The notes under the pieces were generated by a model that had not been told where the DNA came from, searched no databases, and saw nothing but the letters and a program-made list of their open reading frames with translations. Shown here in pieces: positions 18,210 through 27,940 of a stretch of 64,000 nt of DNA. The stretch spans positions 8,685 to 72,684 of the forward strand of contig CASFDW010000003.1 of assembly GCA_949293595.1 (NCBI GenBank), read 5' to 3'. The stretch comes from an uncultured Spirochaetales bacterium. Lineage in GTDB: Bacteria > Spirochaetota > Spirochaetia > Sphaerochaetales > Sphaerochaetaceae. Each line of letters opens with the position of its first letter. The first letter of the stretch is position 1. Both the position numbers and the translations under genes were made by a program.

Positions 18210-21200
18210 ATGAAGGAAATTCAGGATTTCAGCAGCATCAGGATAAAGCTTGCATCCCCGGAACAGATCCTCGCTTGGAGCTACGGCGAGGTAAAGAAGC
18301 CGGAAACGATAAACTACCGTTCTCTCCGCCCGGAGAGGGATGGCCTTTTCTGCGAAAGGATTTTCGGAACCACTAAGGAATGGGAATGCTATTGCGGAAA
18401 ATTCAAATCCAACAGGTATAAGGGAGTGGTCTGCGACCGCTGTGGTGTCGAGGTGTCCGATACAAAGGTACGCCGTGAGAGGATGGGTCATATAACGCTT
18501 GCCGCTCCGGTTGCACATATCTGGTTCTACCGCTCGACGCCTTCCATCATGAGCTATCTGCTCGACATAAAGAGGGCCGAGCTCATGGAGATTCTTTCCT
18601 ATGAGAAATATGTTGTCACCGATCCCGGCCAGAATGAGGAGCTTAGGAAAAACCAGGTCCTTACTGAAGACCAATACAATAGCCTGTATGACAAATATGG
18701 TGATACTTTCAAGGCTTCCATGGGTGCAGAGGCTATCTATGATCTTCTCAAAGGTCTTGATCTCAAGGCTCTTTCCGAAGAGCTCAGGGCCCAGCTCAGC
18801 CAGAAGGAGGGAGCGAACAACAAGATTGACAACAAGCTTCTGAGCCGTATCCGCTACTGCGAGGATTTCCTTTCGAGCGGAAACAGGCCGGAATGGATGA
18901 TCCTCAAGGTCATCCCCGTCATCCCGCCAGATCTGCGCCCGATGGTGCAGCTTGATGGCGGAAGGTTCGCCACCACGGATCTCAACGAACTTTACAGGCG
19001 TGTCATCAACAGGAACAACCGTCTTGCAAGGCTCATCAACATCCAGGCTCCGGACATCATCATCCGCAACGAGAAGAGGATGCTCCAGGAAGCCGTGGAT
19101 TCGCTTTTTGACAATGGCAAGACCGCAAACCCGACCAAGGGCAGCAGCAAGAGGGATCTCAAGAGCCTTTCAGACGTGCTCAAGGGCAAGCAGGGACGCT
19201 TCCGCCAGAACCTGCTTGGAAAGCGTGTCGACTATTCGGGAAGATCCGTAATCGTCGTCGGACCGGAGCTCAGGATGCATCAGTGCGGAGTGCCGTCGAA
19301 GATGGCTCTCGAGCTTTACAAGCCCTTCATCATGAAAAAGCTTGTCCAGGACGGGATTGCGCAGAATATCAAGAGGGCAAAGCTTCTTGTGGAAAGCGAG
19401 GACGAGAAGGTATGGGGCATCCTCGACGATGTCGTCAAGGAGCATCCCGTAATGCTCAACAGGGCGCCTACGCTCCATCGTCTGGGCATCCAGGCGTTCG
19501 AGCCTGTGCTTGTCGAGGGAAAGGCGCTCAAGCTTCATCCCCTCGTATGCCATGCGTTCAACGCTGACTTCGATGGTGACCAGATGGCCATCCATGTGCC
19601 TCTCACGCAGGCCGCACAGCTGGAGTGCTGGACGTTGATGCTTTCCACCACAAACCTGCTCGATCCTGCGAACGGAAAGCCGATCGCGTTCCCGAGCCAG
19701 GACATGGTCCTCGGAATCTTCTATCTGACCAAGGAAATGCTTCCGCTCGAGGGCGAGGTCGTCACGAGGTACAAGCATTTCGAGACGATCGACGAGATCG
19801 AGGCTGCCATCGATGCAGGAAGCATCACCTACAACCAGAAGATCTATTACCGCCTCAGAAAGGGGCTTGAGATCGTGGATGAGAACGGCGTGAAGACAGT
19901 GTCCGACGGAAAGAGCTGGGTTGCGACCACTGCCGGAAGGATCATCTTCAACTCCGCAATCCCCCGTGGAATCCCGTTCCAGAACTACTGTCTCGGAGAC
20001 AAGCAGCTTAAGAAGGTCATCGGTGAGACCATCAAGAACCACAAGCCCAGCGTGGCTGTCGAGCTTCTTGATTCGGTCAAGGACCTCGGCTTCAAGTATG
20101 CGACGATTTTCGGCGCCACGATCGGTCTCAGCGACATGATTGTTCCCGAGAGCAAGAAGGAGCTTATCGAGGAGGCCAACGAGAAGCAGGCCGTCGTCGT
20201 CAGACAGTACAACGAAGGTCAGATCACCCAGGAGGAAAGGTACAACCGTGTCATCGAGGTCTGGACCGAGACGAACGAGAAGCTCACGAACGTCCTCATG
20301 GACGAGCTCAAGAAGAGCCAGAGGGGCTTCAACCCGCTCTTCCTCATGGCCGATTCCGGCGCAAGAGGCAGCAAGACGCAGATCAGACAGCTGGGCGGAA
20401 TGCGCGGCCTCATGGCAAAGCCGAACGGAAAGATCATCGAGCTCCCGATCAAGAGTAACTTCAAGGAAGGTCTTTCTATCATCGAGTTCTTCATCTCCTC
20501 CAACGGCGCGCGCAAGGGTCTCACCGATACGGCTCTCAAGACCGCAAAGGCCGGATACCTCACACGTAAGCTCGTCGATGTCGCACAGGACGTTGTCGTG
20601 AGCGAGGAGGACTGCCAGACGATCAACGGAATCTGGACCAGTGCCGTACGTGACGGAGACCAGATCATCGAATCGCTGTCCTCCCGCATCGCGGGCAGCT
20701 GCCCTGTGGAGGATGTCCTGCATCCGTTCCTCAAGGACGAGGAGGGCAGGCCGGTTGTGCTGGCAAAGGCCAACGAGGAGATTTCCGACGAGACTGCCAA
20801 GATAATAGAGGATGCCGGAGTCGAGAAGGTTCTGCTCAGAACAGTTCTCACATGTGAAAGCGAGCATGGTGTCTGCCGCAAGTGCTATGGCAGGAACCTT
20901 GCTACCAACAGGACCGTGGAGATCGGTGAGGCTGTCGGAATCATCGCCGCACAGTCCATCGGACAGCCCGGTACCCAGCTCACCATGAGAACGTTCCATG
21001 TCGGAGGTACGGCAAGCACCAGTACGAAGGATAACAAGCTTTCCTTCGACTATCAGACGATAGTCAGGGATATCAAGGGACAGGTCATCAACAGGGCCGA
21101 CGGTGTGGAGATATTCCCGAGAAAGGGTCATATCTCGATTTCGAAGGTCCTCGACGAGATCACAGGCCTTTACGACGAGCTGACCGTCGAGGACGGAGCT

Positions 21201-22607
21201 TCCGTCGCGAAGGGTTATCCGATGTACAGGACCCATGGGGAATATGTCAATGCAAAGAGCAACGGCCATCTCCATATCATCGACGGACGGACGTTCATCC
21301 TTTCCACCGCAAGCGAGTACAAGGTTCCCGCAGGAGCCGAGCTCAAGGTCAGGAACCATCAGGTTGTCGATGCCGGCGATCCGATCATCACGTTCGATCC
21401 GTTCTCTTCCCCGATAATCTCTGATGTGTCGGGTACGATCGTGGAATTTGCGGATTTCGTGGAGGACAAGTCCTACAGGAGGATCGTCAACGAGGCCGGA
21501 GAGGCGGAGATGATAATCGTCGCCTCCGCACAGCTCGGACAGTTCCATCCGACCGTGATAATCGAATCCGAGAACGGACAGCGCTACAACTTCCCGATTC
21601 CCGGTGGTTCGTACATGGTCGTCAAGGAGGTCGGAGAGGTCGTCTCCATCGGAGACACGATTGCCAAGGAAGCGATCGACAGCGCGACCACGAAGGATAT
21701 CGCCGGCGGTCTTCCGCAGGTCGACTCGCTCTTCGAGGCCCGTCATGGAAAGGTCGCATCGTCGAACAAGGTCAATCCGATCATACTTTCGCGCGTCACC
21801 GGACGTGTCGTCAGGATCGAGGCCAAGGGAAACACCGGAAGCACGACCGTCGTCATCCGGGACGTATTCGGCAAGGAGCACCCGCACAAGGTGTATACCA
21901 AGGATGCTCTTCTTTCCGTACGCGAGGGGGATGAGGTCAAGGCTGGCGACCCGCTCTGCGACGAGACCGTCACAAGCCGTGAGATTCTCGATGTGCTTGG
22001 TGAGAACGCAGTTCTTTCCTTCCTCGTCGAGGAGATCCAGAAGGTCTACCGCATGCAGGGCGTCGAGATCAACGAGAAGCATCTCGGAATCATAATCCGG
22101 CAGATGCTCAAGAAGGTCGAGATCGTCCGTGCCGGTGATACACAGTTCGTAAAGATGCAGAAGGTTGACAAGAACCTCTTCAAGAGGGTCAACGAGCAGG
22201 CAAAGAGGGAAGGCAAGCAGCCGGCCATCGCCCGCCCTGTGCTCCAGGGTGTTTCGGATGCGGCTTTGAGCGTGGATTCCTTCATCTCCGCCGCCTCGTT
22301 CCTCTCGACGACGAAAGTATTGACAAATTCTGCCATAGCAGGTAAAAAGGATGAGTTGCGCGGTCTGAAGGAGAACGTCATAATCGGTCATCTCATTCCT
22401 GCCGGTACCGGCATGAAGAGATACAGGAACGTTCATCTTGAGGACGAGAAGCTTCTTGAGATCCAGAGCGAGAAGGACAGGGAGAGAAAGGAAAGAAAGC
22501 CCGAGACCGTCTCCGCCGAGGAGGAGAAGGAGCTTCAGGAACTCGGAGACATGAATACCTTGGGAGAGAGTGCCGAACCTGCGGATTTCGCAGGTGATGA
22601 GGAGTAG
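18210..22607 (+). CDS. rpoC: DNA-directed RNA polymerase subunit beta'
   Basis: 1465 aa with the catalytic [14 protein letters not shown] motif and an N-terminal zinc-binding Cys cluster (CYCGKF...CDRCGVEV). Acidic C-terminal tail. Confidence 0.97.
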   Translation: MKEIQDFSSIRIKLASPEQILAWSYGEVKKPETINYRSLRPERDGLFCERIFGTTKEWECYCGKFKSNRYKGVVCDRCGVEVSDTKVRRERMGHITLAAPVAHIWFYRSTPSIMSYLLDIKRAELMEILSYEKYVVTDPGQNEELRKNQVLTEDQYNSLYDKYGDTFKASMGAEAIYDLLKGLDLKALSEELRAQLSQKEGANNKIDNKLLSRIRYCEDFLSSGNRPEWMILKVIPVIPPDLRPMVQLDGGRFATTDLNELYRRVINRNNRLARLINIQAPDIIIRNEKRMLQEAVDSLFDNGKTANPTKGSSKRDLKSLSDVLKGKQGRFRQNLLGKRVDYSGRSVIVVGPELRMHQCGVPSKMALELYKPFIMKKLVQDGIAQNIKRAKLLVESEDEKVWGILDDVVKEHPVMLNRAPTLHRLGIQAFEPVLVEGKALKLHPLVCHAFNADFDGDQMAIHVPLTQAAQLECWTLMLSTTNLLDPANGKPIAFPSQDMVLGIFYLTKEMLPLEGEVVTRYKHFETIDEIEAAIDAGSITYNQKIYYRLRKGLEIVDENGVKTVSDGKSWVATTAGRIIFNSAIPRGIPFQNYCLGDKQLKKVIGETIKNHKPSVAVELLDSVKDLGFKYATIFGATIGLSDMIVPESKKELIEEANEKQAVVVRQYNEGQITQEERYNRVIEVWTETNEKLTNVLMDELKKSQRGFNPLFLMADSGARGSKTQIRQLGGMRGLMAKPNGKIIELPIKSNFKEGLSIIEFFISSNGARKGLTDTALKTAKAGYLTRKLVDVAQDVVVSEEDCQTINGIWTSAVRDGDQIIESLSSRIAGSCPVEDVLHPFLKDEEGRPVVLAKANEEISDETAKIIEDAGVEKVLLRTVLTCESEHGVCRKCYGRNLATNRTVEIGEAVGIIAAQSIGQPGTQLTMRTFHVGGTASTSTKDNKLSFDYQTIVRDIKGQVINRADGVEIFPRKGHISISKVLDEITGLYDELTVEDGASVAKGYPMYRTHGEYVNAKSNGHLHIIDGRTFILSTASEYKVPAGAELKVRNHQVVDAGDPIITFDPFSSPIISDVSGTIVEFADFVEDKSYRRIVNEAGEAEMIIVASAQLGQFHPTVIIESENGQRYNFPIPGGSYMVVKEVGEVVSIGDTIAKEAIDSATTKDIAGGLPQVDSLFEARHGKVASSNKVNPIILSRVTGRVVRIEAKGNTGSTTVVIRDVFGKEHPHKVYTKDALLSVREGDEVKAGDPLCDETVTSREILDVLGENAVLSFLVEEIQKVYRMQGVEINEKHLGIIIRQMLKKVEIVRAGDTQFVKMQKVDKNLFKRVNEQAKREGKQPAIARPVLQGVSDAALSVDSFISAASFLSTTKVLTNSAIAGKKDELRGLKENVIIGHLIPAGTGMKRYRNVHLEDEKLLEIQSEKDRERKERKPETVSAEEEKELQELGDMNTLGESAEPADFAGDEE

Positions 22608-22732
22608 CGCTGTCGCGCGCCTCATGGCACAGCTCTCATGCTGACCAGGGTTTTCAGATATATTTGGCGCCTGTGCGCCAAAAAACCTTTCCTTTGTGAG
22701 GGGAAAGGACGAAACAAGGAGCGTATCGTAAG

Positions 22733-23107
22733 ATGCCTACTATTAATCAGCTTATAAGAAAGGGCAGGACCAGCACGAAGAGCAAGACAAAATCTCCGGC
22801 TCTCGAGGGATGCCCTCAGAAAAGAGGTGTTTGCACCAGGGTTATGACAGTAACCCCGAAGAAGCCTAACTCAGCTCTCAGAAAGGTTGCCAGGGTCAGG
22901 CTTTCCAATGGAATCGAGGTCACCGCCTACATTCCTGGTATCGGACATAACCTTCAGGAGCACTCCGTCGTCCTCATCAGGGGCGGAAGGGTCAAGGACC
23001 TCCCGGGTGTGCGTTACCACATCATCCGCGGAAGCAAGGATACCCTTGGCGTGAATGACAGAAAGAGAAGCCGCTCAAAGTACGGTGCAAAGAAGCCAAA
23101 GGCCTGA
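22733..23107 (+). CDS. rpsL: 30S ribosomal protein S12
   Basis: 124 aa; [12 protein letters not shown]... Confidence 0.97.
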   Translation: MPTINQLIRKGRTSTKSKTKSPALEGCPQKRGVCTRVMTVTPKKPNSALRKVARVRLSNGIEVTAYIPGIGHNLQEHSVVLIRGGRVKDLPGVRYHIIRGSKDTLGVNDRKRSRSKYGAKKPKA

Positions 23108-23125
23108 TAGGGAGGGAAGGAAAAA

Positions 23126-23596
23126 ATGTCTAGAGATTCGAAAACTCCTGTAAGGACCATCGCACCTGATGCCATCTACTCCAATGGCGTAGTGGCCAAG
23201 TTCATCAACAGGATGATGAAGGACGGTAAGAAGAGCATCTCCACAAAGATTCTCTATACCGCAATGAAGAAGATCGAGGAGAAGTCCGGCGAGAAGGCTC
23301 TCGACGTGTTTCTCAAGGCTGTCGACAATGTGAAGCCTGTTGTCGAGGTCAAGAGCAGGAGGGTTGGTGGAGCAACCTACCAGGTTCCTGTCGAGATCAA
23401 GGAGGACAGGCGCGAGGCACTTGCTATGAGGTGGTTGATCAACGCAGCCCGCTCAAGAAACGGCAAGAGCATGGCCGACAAGCTTGCCGACGAGCTCATC
23501 GACGCATACAACAGCACGGGTTCAGCCTTCAAGAAGAAGGAAGATACCCACCGCATGGCGGATGCGAACAAGGCTTTCAGCCATTTCAGGTTCTGA
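23126..23596 (+). CDS. rpsG: 30S ribosomal protein S7
   Basis: 156 aa with the [11 protein letters not shown] motif. Follows rpsL. Confidence 0.97.
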   Translation: MSRDSKTPVRTIAPDAIYSNGVVAKFINRMMKDGKKSISTKILYTAMKKIEEKSGEKALDVFLKAVDNVKPVVEVKSRRVGGATYQVPVEIKEDRREALAMRWLINAARSRNGKSMADKLADELIDAYNSTGSAFKKKEDTHRMADANKAFSHFRF

Positions 23597-23613
23597 TTGC
23601 TGGAGCCATATGG

Positions 23614-23643
23614 GTCTCCCCTTTCCGGGGAGGCTTTTTTTTT
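23614..23643 (+). terminator. intrinsic terminator after rpsG
   Basis: 8-bp stem GTCTCCCC/GGGGAGGC with loop TTTCC, followed by a T9 run. Confidence 0.8.
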
Positions 23644-23669
23644 CTTCACGGTTGGATTACCATCTTCAT

Positions 23670-24014
23670 ATGTTCACACCGGATTATGACGATTATTATT
23701 CGCTCGTTTCATACGCATCAAGGTTCGTGTCCGATCCGGAGGATGTGGTGCGGGCCTATTTTGAACGCATCTCGTCGATCAACAGGCTTATTCTTTGGGA
23801 GAAGGATCATGGAAACACGGCTTTCAAGGAAAGCCTTTTGCAGGAGGCGGCGGAACATGTGCTCGAAAACGGCACGCCGGACTGCGACATGCTGGAGATC
23901 CTGAAGCTCAGCAATGCCTTCGGGGTGCTTGTGGACGGATCCGACATAAGTGCGGACATCTCCATCTATAATGATTTTGTCGCCTATCTGACGGAAAACG
24001 GGATAAACGCCTGA
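23670..24014 (+). CDS. hypothetical acidic protein (114 aa)
   Basis: ORF from the ATG at 23670 (MFTPDYDDYYSLVSY...). Codon usage looks like neighbouring genes, and the opposite-strand ORF 23718..24095 looks like noise. No clear RBS and no family recognised. Confidence 0.45.
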   Translation: MFTPDYDDYYSLVSYASRFVSDPEDVVRAYFERISSINRLILWEKDHGNTAFKESLLQEAAEHVLENGTPDCDMLEILKLSNAFGVLVDGSDISADISIYNDFVAYLTENGINA

Positions 24015-24016
24015 GC

Positions 24017-24280
24017 TCAGCCGTTGCTCTGTGCGACCGCCTTCTTGAGAGCTTCGGCAAGCTGGTCGGGACAGCTTGTGTCCTTCATCCCGCATCTTAT
24101 CCCCTCAAGCTTCGAGATCACATCTTCCGCCCTGCGTCCCTCGCACAGGGCTCCGATACCCTTGAGATTTCCGTTGCAGCCGCCGAAAAAACGTATGTTG
24201 TGCACTCTTGTTTCCCCGTCAAGGCTGAATGTGATTAGACGGGAGCATGTGCCGTGTGTCTGATATTCGAATTCCCTCAT
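24017..24280 (-). CDS. TSCPD domain-containing small protein (TIGR03905-like)
   Basis: 87 aa ending ...GMKDTSCPDQLAEALKKA, with the diagnostic TSCPD motif. The only minus-strand gene inside the ribosomal supercluster. Confidence 0.7.
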   Translation of the reverse strand: MREFEYQTHGTCSRLITFSLDGETRVHNIRFFGGCNGNLKGIGALCEGRRAEDVISKLEGIRCGMKDTSCPDQLAEALKKAVAQSNG

Positions 24281-24352
24281 GCAAGCGAATTTACTATCCG
24301 GCGGTGTTTTTTACAAGTGGGGTATGTGTGTTTGTTTTGAAAACGGGGGCCG

Positions 24353-24400
24353 TTTTATTCCCGGTTTTCCGATGTTTTCCACGGTTTTTTCAGTGTTTTT
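24353..24400. repeat. five helically phased T4-T6 tracts (GTTTTYC-like repeats)
   Basis: T runs start at 24353, 24365, 24375, 24385 and 24396 (spacing 12, 10, 10, 11 bp). Further T5-T7 runs start at 24307, 24415 and 24458. Confidence 0.6.
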
Positions 24401-24473
24401 CCGGTCTGCACCTGTTTTTTTCCACCGTGGCGCCTGCTTTGTTGGGGCTGTTAAATCTTTTTCTTAAAACATG

Positions 24474-24502
24474 TTGACAATACTTTAAATATCTTTTAGC
24501 AT
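24474..24502 (+). promoter_or_regulatory. candidate sigma70-type promoter upstream of tuf
   Basis: Consensus TTGACA (24474-24479), a 17-nt AT-rich spacer, then TAGCAT (24497-24502). Lies 264 nt upstream of the tuf ATG. Confidence 0.4.
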
Positions 24503-24765
24503 AGTCAAGGTGTCTGGCCGGGCTATGCCGATTGGCCGGACGGAGAGCCAAACCGGTTGCCTCCAGGGGCTATCAGGTGGTTCCAGAACGTAGGTTTTTT
24601 TTAATCTGTATGCGTATGTCGTCAGGCTTGGTCCCTGCCGACCTCTGGAAACCCCCAACTACACCTAATCCTTGGGCAATCAGTTGATTCTCTTGAAACC
24701 GGTAAAGGCTTGAGCCTTTATGAGATATTTTGATTTGTGACATTCAGGTCACAAGGAGGAAACTG

Positions 24766-25956
24766 ATGGCTAAGGAAAAATTCGAAAGAACGAAGCCTCA
24801 TGTAAACGTTGGTACTATCGGTCACGTAGACCATGGTAAGACCACTCTCACAGCTGCTATCACCATGCACTGTGCAAAGCTTTTCGGTGACAAGGCTCTT
24901 GCTTATGATGCAATCGACAACGCACCGGAAGAGAAGGAAAGAGGAATCACAATCAACACCCGTCACGTTGAGTATCAGTCCAAGAACAGGCACTATGCGC
25001 ACGTTGACTGCCCGGGCCACGCAGACTACATCAAGAACATGATCACTGGTGCTGCTCAGATGGACGGTGCTGTCATCGTCGTTGCCGCCACGGATGGTGC
25101 AATGGCTCAGACAAAGGAGCACATCCTTCTCGCAAGGCAGGTTGGTGTACCCGCCATCATCGTATTCATCAACAAGTGTGACCAGGTCGACGATCCGGAC
25201 CTCATCGAATTGGTTGAGGAGGAAATGAGGGATCTTCTCTCCGAATATGGTTTCGATGGTGCGAACGCTCCTGTCATCAAGGGCAGCGCATACCTCGCAA
25301 TGACCAAGCCCGACGATCCCGAAGCAACCAAGTGCATCGACGAGCTGCTTGACGCAATGGACAGCTACATCCCGCTTCCGGCACGTGCTGTCGATCAGCC
25401 GTTCCTCATGCCGATCGAGGACATCTTCTCCATCAGCGGACGTGGAACTGTTGTTACCGGTAGGGTCGAGCGCGGAGTAATCCATGTGAACGATCCTGTT
25501 TCCATCGTTGGAATCCGTGAGACAAAGAACACTGTTGTCACCGGCGTCGAGATGTTCAACAAGCTCCTTGACGAAGGTCAGGCAGGAGACAACATCGGTG
25601 CTCTTCTCAGAGGTGTCGACAAGAAGGAAGTTGTCCGCGGACAGGTTCTTGCCAAGCCGAACTCGATCACACCTCACGCGAAGTTCCTTGGAACCGTTTA
25701 CGTTCTCAGCAAGGAAGAAGGTGGAAGGCACTCCCCGTTCTTCGACGGATACAGGCCTCAGTTCTACTTCAGGACCACCGACATCACCGGTACCTGCCAC
25801 CTCCCGGCTGGTAAGGAAATGGTCATGCCTGGCGATCACACCGACATCATCGTCGAGCTGATCCACCCGGTTGCAATGGACAAGGGTCTCCGCTTCGCTA
25901 TCCGCGAGGGTGGACGCACTGTCGCTTCCGGTCAGGTAACCGAGATTCAGGACTGA
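24766..25956 (+). CDS. tuf: elongation factor Tu
   Basis: 396 aa from the ATG at 24766 ([40 protein letters not shown]). AGGAGG RBS. The track's 24730 start is an upstream extension. Confidence 0.98.
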   Translation: MAKEKFERTKPHVNVGTIGHVDHGKTTLTAAITMHCAKLFGDKALAYDAIDNAPEEKERGITINTRHVEYQSKNRHYAHVDCPGHADYIKNMITGAAQMDGAVIVVAATDGAMAQTKEHILLARQVGVPAIIVFINKCDQVDDPDLIELVEEEMRDLLSEYGFDGANAPVIKGSAYLAMTKPDDPEATKCIDELLDAMDSYIPLPARAVDQPFLMPIEDIFSISGRGTVVTGRVERGVIHVNDPVSIVGIRETKNTVVTGVEMFNKLLDEGQAGDNIGALLRGVDKKEVVRGQVLAKPNSITPHAKFLGTVYVLSKEEGGRHSPFFDGYRPQFYFRTTDITGTCHLPAGKEMVMPGDHTDIIVELIHPVAMDKGLRFAIREGGRTVASGQVTEIQD

Positions 25957-25975
25957 TTGGAGTCCTAAAAACGTG

Positions 25976-26010
25976 CTGGGGCGCAGGCCCCGGCCCGTTA
26001 TTTTGATTTT
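25976..26010 (+). terminator. hairpin plus T-rich tract between tuf and rpsJ (partial terminator/attenuator)
   Basis: Stem CTGGGGC/GCCCCGG with loop GCAG (25976-25993), then CCCG and TTATTTTGATTTTT. Confidence 0.4.
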
Positions 26011-26025
26011 TGGAGATTTTTGAAA

Positions 26026-26334
26026 ATGGCAAACGAGAGAATTCGAGTCAAATTAACAGGTTTTGAAACAGAATTGGTCGAACAGAGCTCAAAGGCGATT
26101 GTTCAGACTGTTGTCAAGGCGGGAGCCAAAGTATCCGGTCCCGTACCACTTCCGACTCGTATCAATAAGTATACTGTCTTGAGATCCCCTCACGTTAACA
26201 AGAAGGCTCGCGAGCAGTTCGAAATGAGAACACACAAGAGATTGATTGACATATTGGACCCGACTCAGAAGGTTGTGGAAGCCCTTATGAAACTTGAACT
26301 CCCAGCTGGTGTGGATGTAGAAATTAGACAGTAA
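26026..26334 (+). CDS. rpsJ: 30S ribosomal protein S10
   Basis: [23 protein letters not shown] at 26026; the track start at 26020 is a TTG. Confidence 0.97.
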   Translation: MANERIRVKLTGFETELVEQSSKAIVQTVVKAGAKVSGPVPLPTRINKYTVLRSPHVNKKAREQFEMRTHKRLIDILDPTQKVVEALMKLELPAGVDVEIRQ

Positions 26335-26349
26335 TAGTTGAGGTAAGAG

Positions 26350-26970
26350 ATGTTAGGGCTTATCGGCAAAAAAGTTGGAATGACACAGGTGTTTGACGAA
26401 AATGGCAGACTTACCCCTGTGACTGTTATTAAAATTGAAGATAACGTCGTCATCGCAAACAGGACTGATGAGAAGAATGGCTATTCCGCAGCAGTTCTCG
26501 CATCCGGCGACAAGAAGAAAAGTCAGATCACCAAGCCATACGCTGGACAGTTCAAGGAAATCTGTGATCCGAAGTCCGTCGTCATGGAGATGAGGGATTT
26601 TGATTCGGACGTGAACGTTGGAGACAAACTCGGCGTGGACCTTTTCAAGGATGTCACTTTCGTCGACATCACCGGTACAAGCAAGGGTAAAGGTTTCCAG
26701 GGTGGTATGAAGCGCTACGGCTTCGGTGGTGGTAGGGCGACCCATGGTTCCAAGTTCCACAGGGATCTTGGTGGTACCGCAATGAGTTCGACGCCGTCAC
26801 GCACATTCAAGGGTCACAGAATGGCTGGTCACATGGGCAACGAGAGGGTCACGGTTCAGAACCTCAAGGTTGTTGCAGTGGACAGCGAAATGCAGGTTCT
26901 CATGGTAAAGGGCGCGATTCCAGGCCCAACTCAGAGCACTGTGATCGTAAAGAAAGCGATTAAGAAGTAG
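26350..26970 (+). CDS. rplC: 50S ribosomal protein L3
   Basis: 206 aa; MLGLIGKKVGMTQVF. Confidence 0.97.
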   Translation: MLGLIGKKVGMTQVFDENGRLTPVTVIKIEDNVVIANRTDEKNGYSAAVLASGDKKKSQITKPYAGQFKEICDPKSVVMEMRDFDSDVNVGDKLGVDLFKDVTFVDITGTSKGKGFQGGMKRYGFGGGRATHGSKFHRDLGGTAMSSTPSRTFKGHRMAGHMGNERVTVQNLKVVAVDSEMQVLMVKGAIPGPTQSTVIVKKAIKK

Positions 26971-26982
26971 TGGAGTTAGGAT

Positions 26983-27612
26983 ATGGAACAGAAAGTATTT
27001 TCTACTACAGGTAAGGAGTTGCGCACTGTAAATCTCAATGAGAACGTATTCGGTATCGAAGTTTCTACCGGCGCAATCTACCATGCAATAAGAAACGAAG
27101 CAGCCAACAGAAGAGTTGGAACTGCTTGTACAAAGACCCGTGCTGAGGTCAATTACAGCAATACCAAGCCTTATAAGCAGAAGGGAACTGGTAATGCCAG
27201 AAGGGGAGACAAGAAGTCTCCGATCGCCGTTGGTGGTGGTACGATCTTCGGACCAAAGCCCAGGGATTACAGCTACTCGCTTCCTAAGAAGGTGAAGCGC
27301 CTCGCGCTCAAGAGCCTCCTTTCGTTGGGTGTGGAAGAGGGAAGACTCCAGATTGTGGAGGATTTCACAAGCGATAACGGCAAGACCAAGGACATCGCCC
27401 AGATTATGAAGGCTTTCAATACTCAGGATCAGCGCACCGTGATCATCATGAAGGACGATGACGCTATGCTCCGCCGTGCTGCAAGGAACATTCCTTATCT
27501 CCACGTGCTCGCATACGACAAGCTCTCGGCAAAAGAACTCCTCTACGGAAGAAAGATTCTCGTACTCGAGTCCGCAGCCAAGAACCTTAATGATTTCTAT
27601 GGTGAGAACTAA
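26983..27612 (+). CDS. rplD: 50S ribosomal protein L4
   Basis: 209 aa. S10-operon position with KPYKQKGTGNARRG motif. Confidence 0.96.
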   Translation: MEQKVFSTTGKELRTVNLNENVFGIEVSTGAIYHAIRNEAANRRVGTACTKTRAEVNYSNTKPYKQKGTGNARRGDKKSPIAVGGGTIFGPKPRDYSYSLPKKVKRLALKSLLSLGVEEGRLQIVEDFTSDNGKTKDIAQIMKAFNTQDQRTVIIMKDDDAMLRRAARNIPYLHVLAYDKLSAKELLYGRKILVLESAAKNLNDFYGEN

Positions 27613-27623
27613 GGGGTACGGAA

Positions 27624-27926
27624 ATGAGAGCAGATCAGGTAATTATTGAACCGATTTTGAGCGAGAAATCAAATATCGCACGCGAGGGCGACTGCAAAAA
27701 GTACACATTCCGCGTGGACCCGAAGGCGAACAAGTTTGAGATCATGCAGGCTTGCAAGGAGCTTTTCGGTGTAAACTGCATTTCTTGCAATGTTATGAAC
27801 GTCGGTGGAAAGCCGAAGTTCTCCAGGGGCAAGGGTGGCTATATCAAGGGCTACAGGTCGTCCTGGAAGAAGGCGATTGTTACATTGGCTAAGGGCGAAA
27901 GCATCTCTGCCATTGAAGGTGTATAA
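27624..27926 (+). CDS. rplW: 50S ribosomal protein L23
   Basis: 100 aa, between rplD and rplB. Confidence 0.95.
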   Translation: MRADQVIIEPILSEKSNIAREGDCKKYTFRVDPKANKFEIMQACKELFGVNCISCNVMNVGGKPKFSRGKGGYIKGYRSSWKKAIVTLAKGESISAIEGV

Positions 27927-27940
27927 GGAGAATAGGGAAT

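Noticed and set aside
19170-22625. 1151-aa ORF antisense to rpoC. There are similar very long antisense ORFs opposite rpoB (16707..18674), clpB (4455..6053), glgP (8971..10308), ptsI (42230..43522) and lnt (56265..57872).
   Set aside because: Each lies entirely inside a confidently identified, highly conserved gene on the other strand. Their translations are Arg/Leu/Asp-rich low-complexity strings with no recognisable domains. Long stop-free antisense frames are expected from the codon bias of these genes.
22663-22708. Two hairpins in the rpoC-rpsL spacer (TTTGGCGC-CTGT-GCGCCAAA and CCTTTCC-N9-GGAAAGG) as terminators.
   Set aside because: Neither is followed by a U tract on either strand; the first is followed by an A run. 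They may be processing or stability elements, but I have no evidence beyond the pairing.
24375-24424. DnaA-box-like 9-mers TTTTCCACG (24375) and TTTTCCACC (24416), suggesting an origin of replication.
   Set aside because: Both miss the critical last base of TTWTNCACA. They occur within a T-rich repeat where 8/9 matches are expected by chance. No dnaA/dnaN, AT-rich unwinding 13-mers or box clusters are nearby.
24247-24477. Phe-rich small ORFs (76 aa and 62 aa) across the T-tract region.
   Set aside because: Their hydrophobic, F-rich translations are a direct consequence of reading through T runs. They overlap each other in different frames, lack an RBS, and one begins inside the TSCPD gene.
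24509-24602. Possibility that the structured segment upstream of tuf is SRP (4.5S) RNA, a tRNA or a tRNA remnant.
   Set aside because: CCGGACGGAGAGCCAA only superficially resembles the SRP domain IV motif CCGGAAGGAAGCAGCCAA: there is no GNRA tetraloop and the flanks do not form the long helix. No cloverleaf or T-loop (GTTCRANYC) can be drawn. It is kept only as an unassigned element in the findings.
24736-24753. Reading TGTGA...TCACA next to the tuf RBS as a CRP/FNR-type site.
   Set aside because: The half-sites are separated by 8 nt, not the 6 nt (CRP) or 4 nt (FNR) required. The position overlapping the RBS fits an RNA hairpin better.
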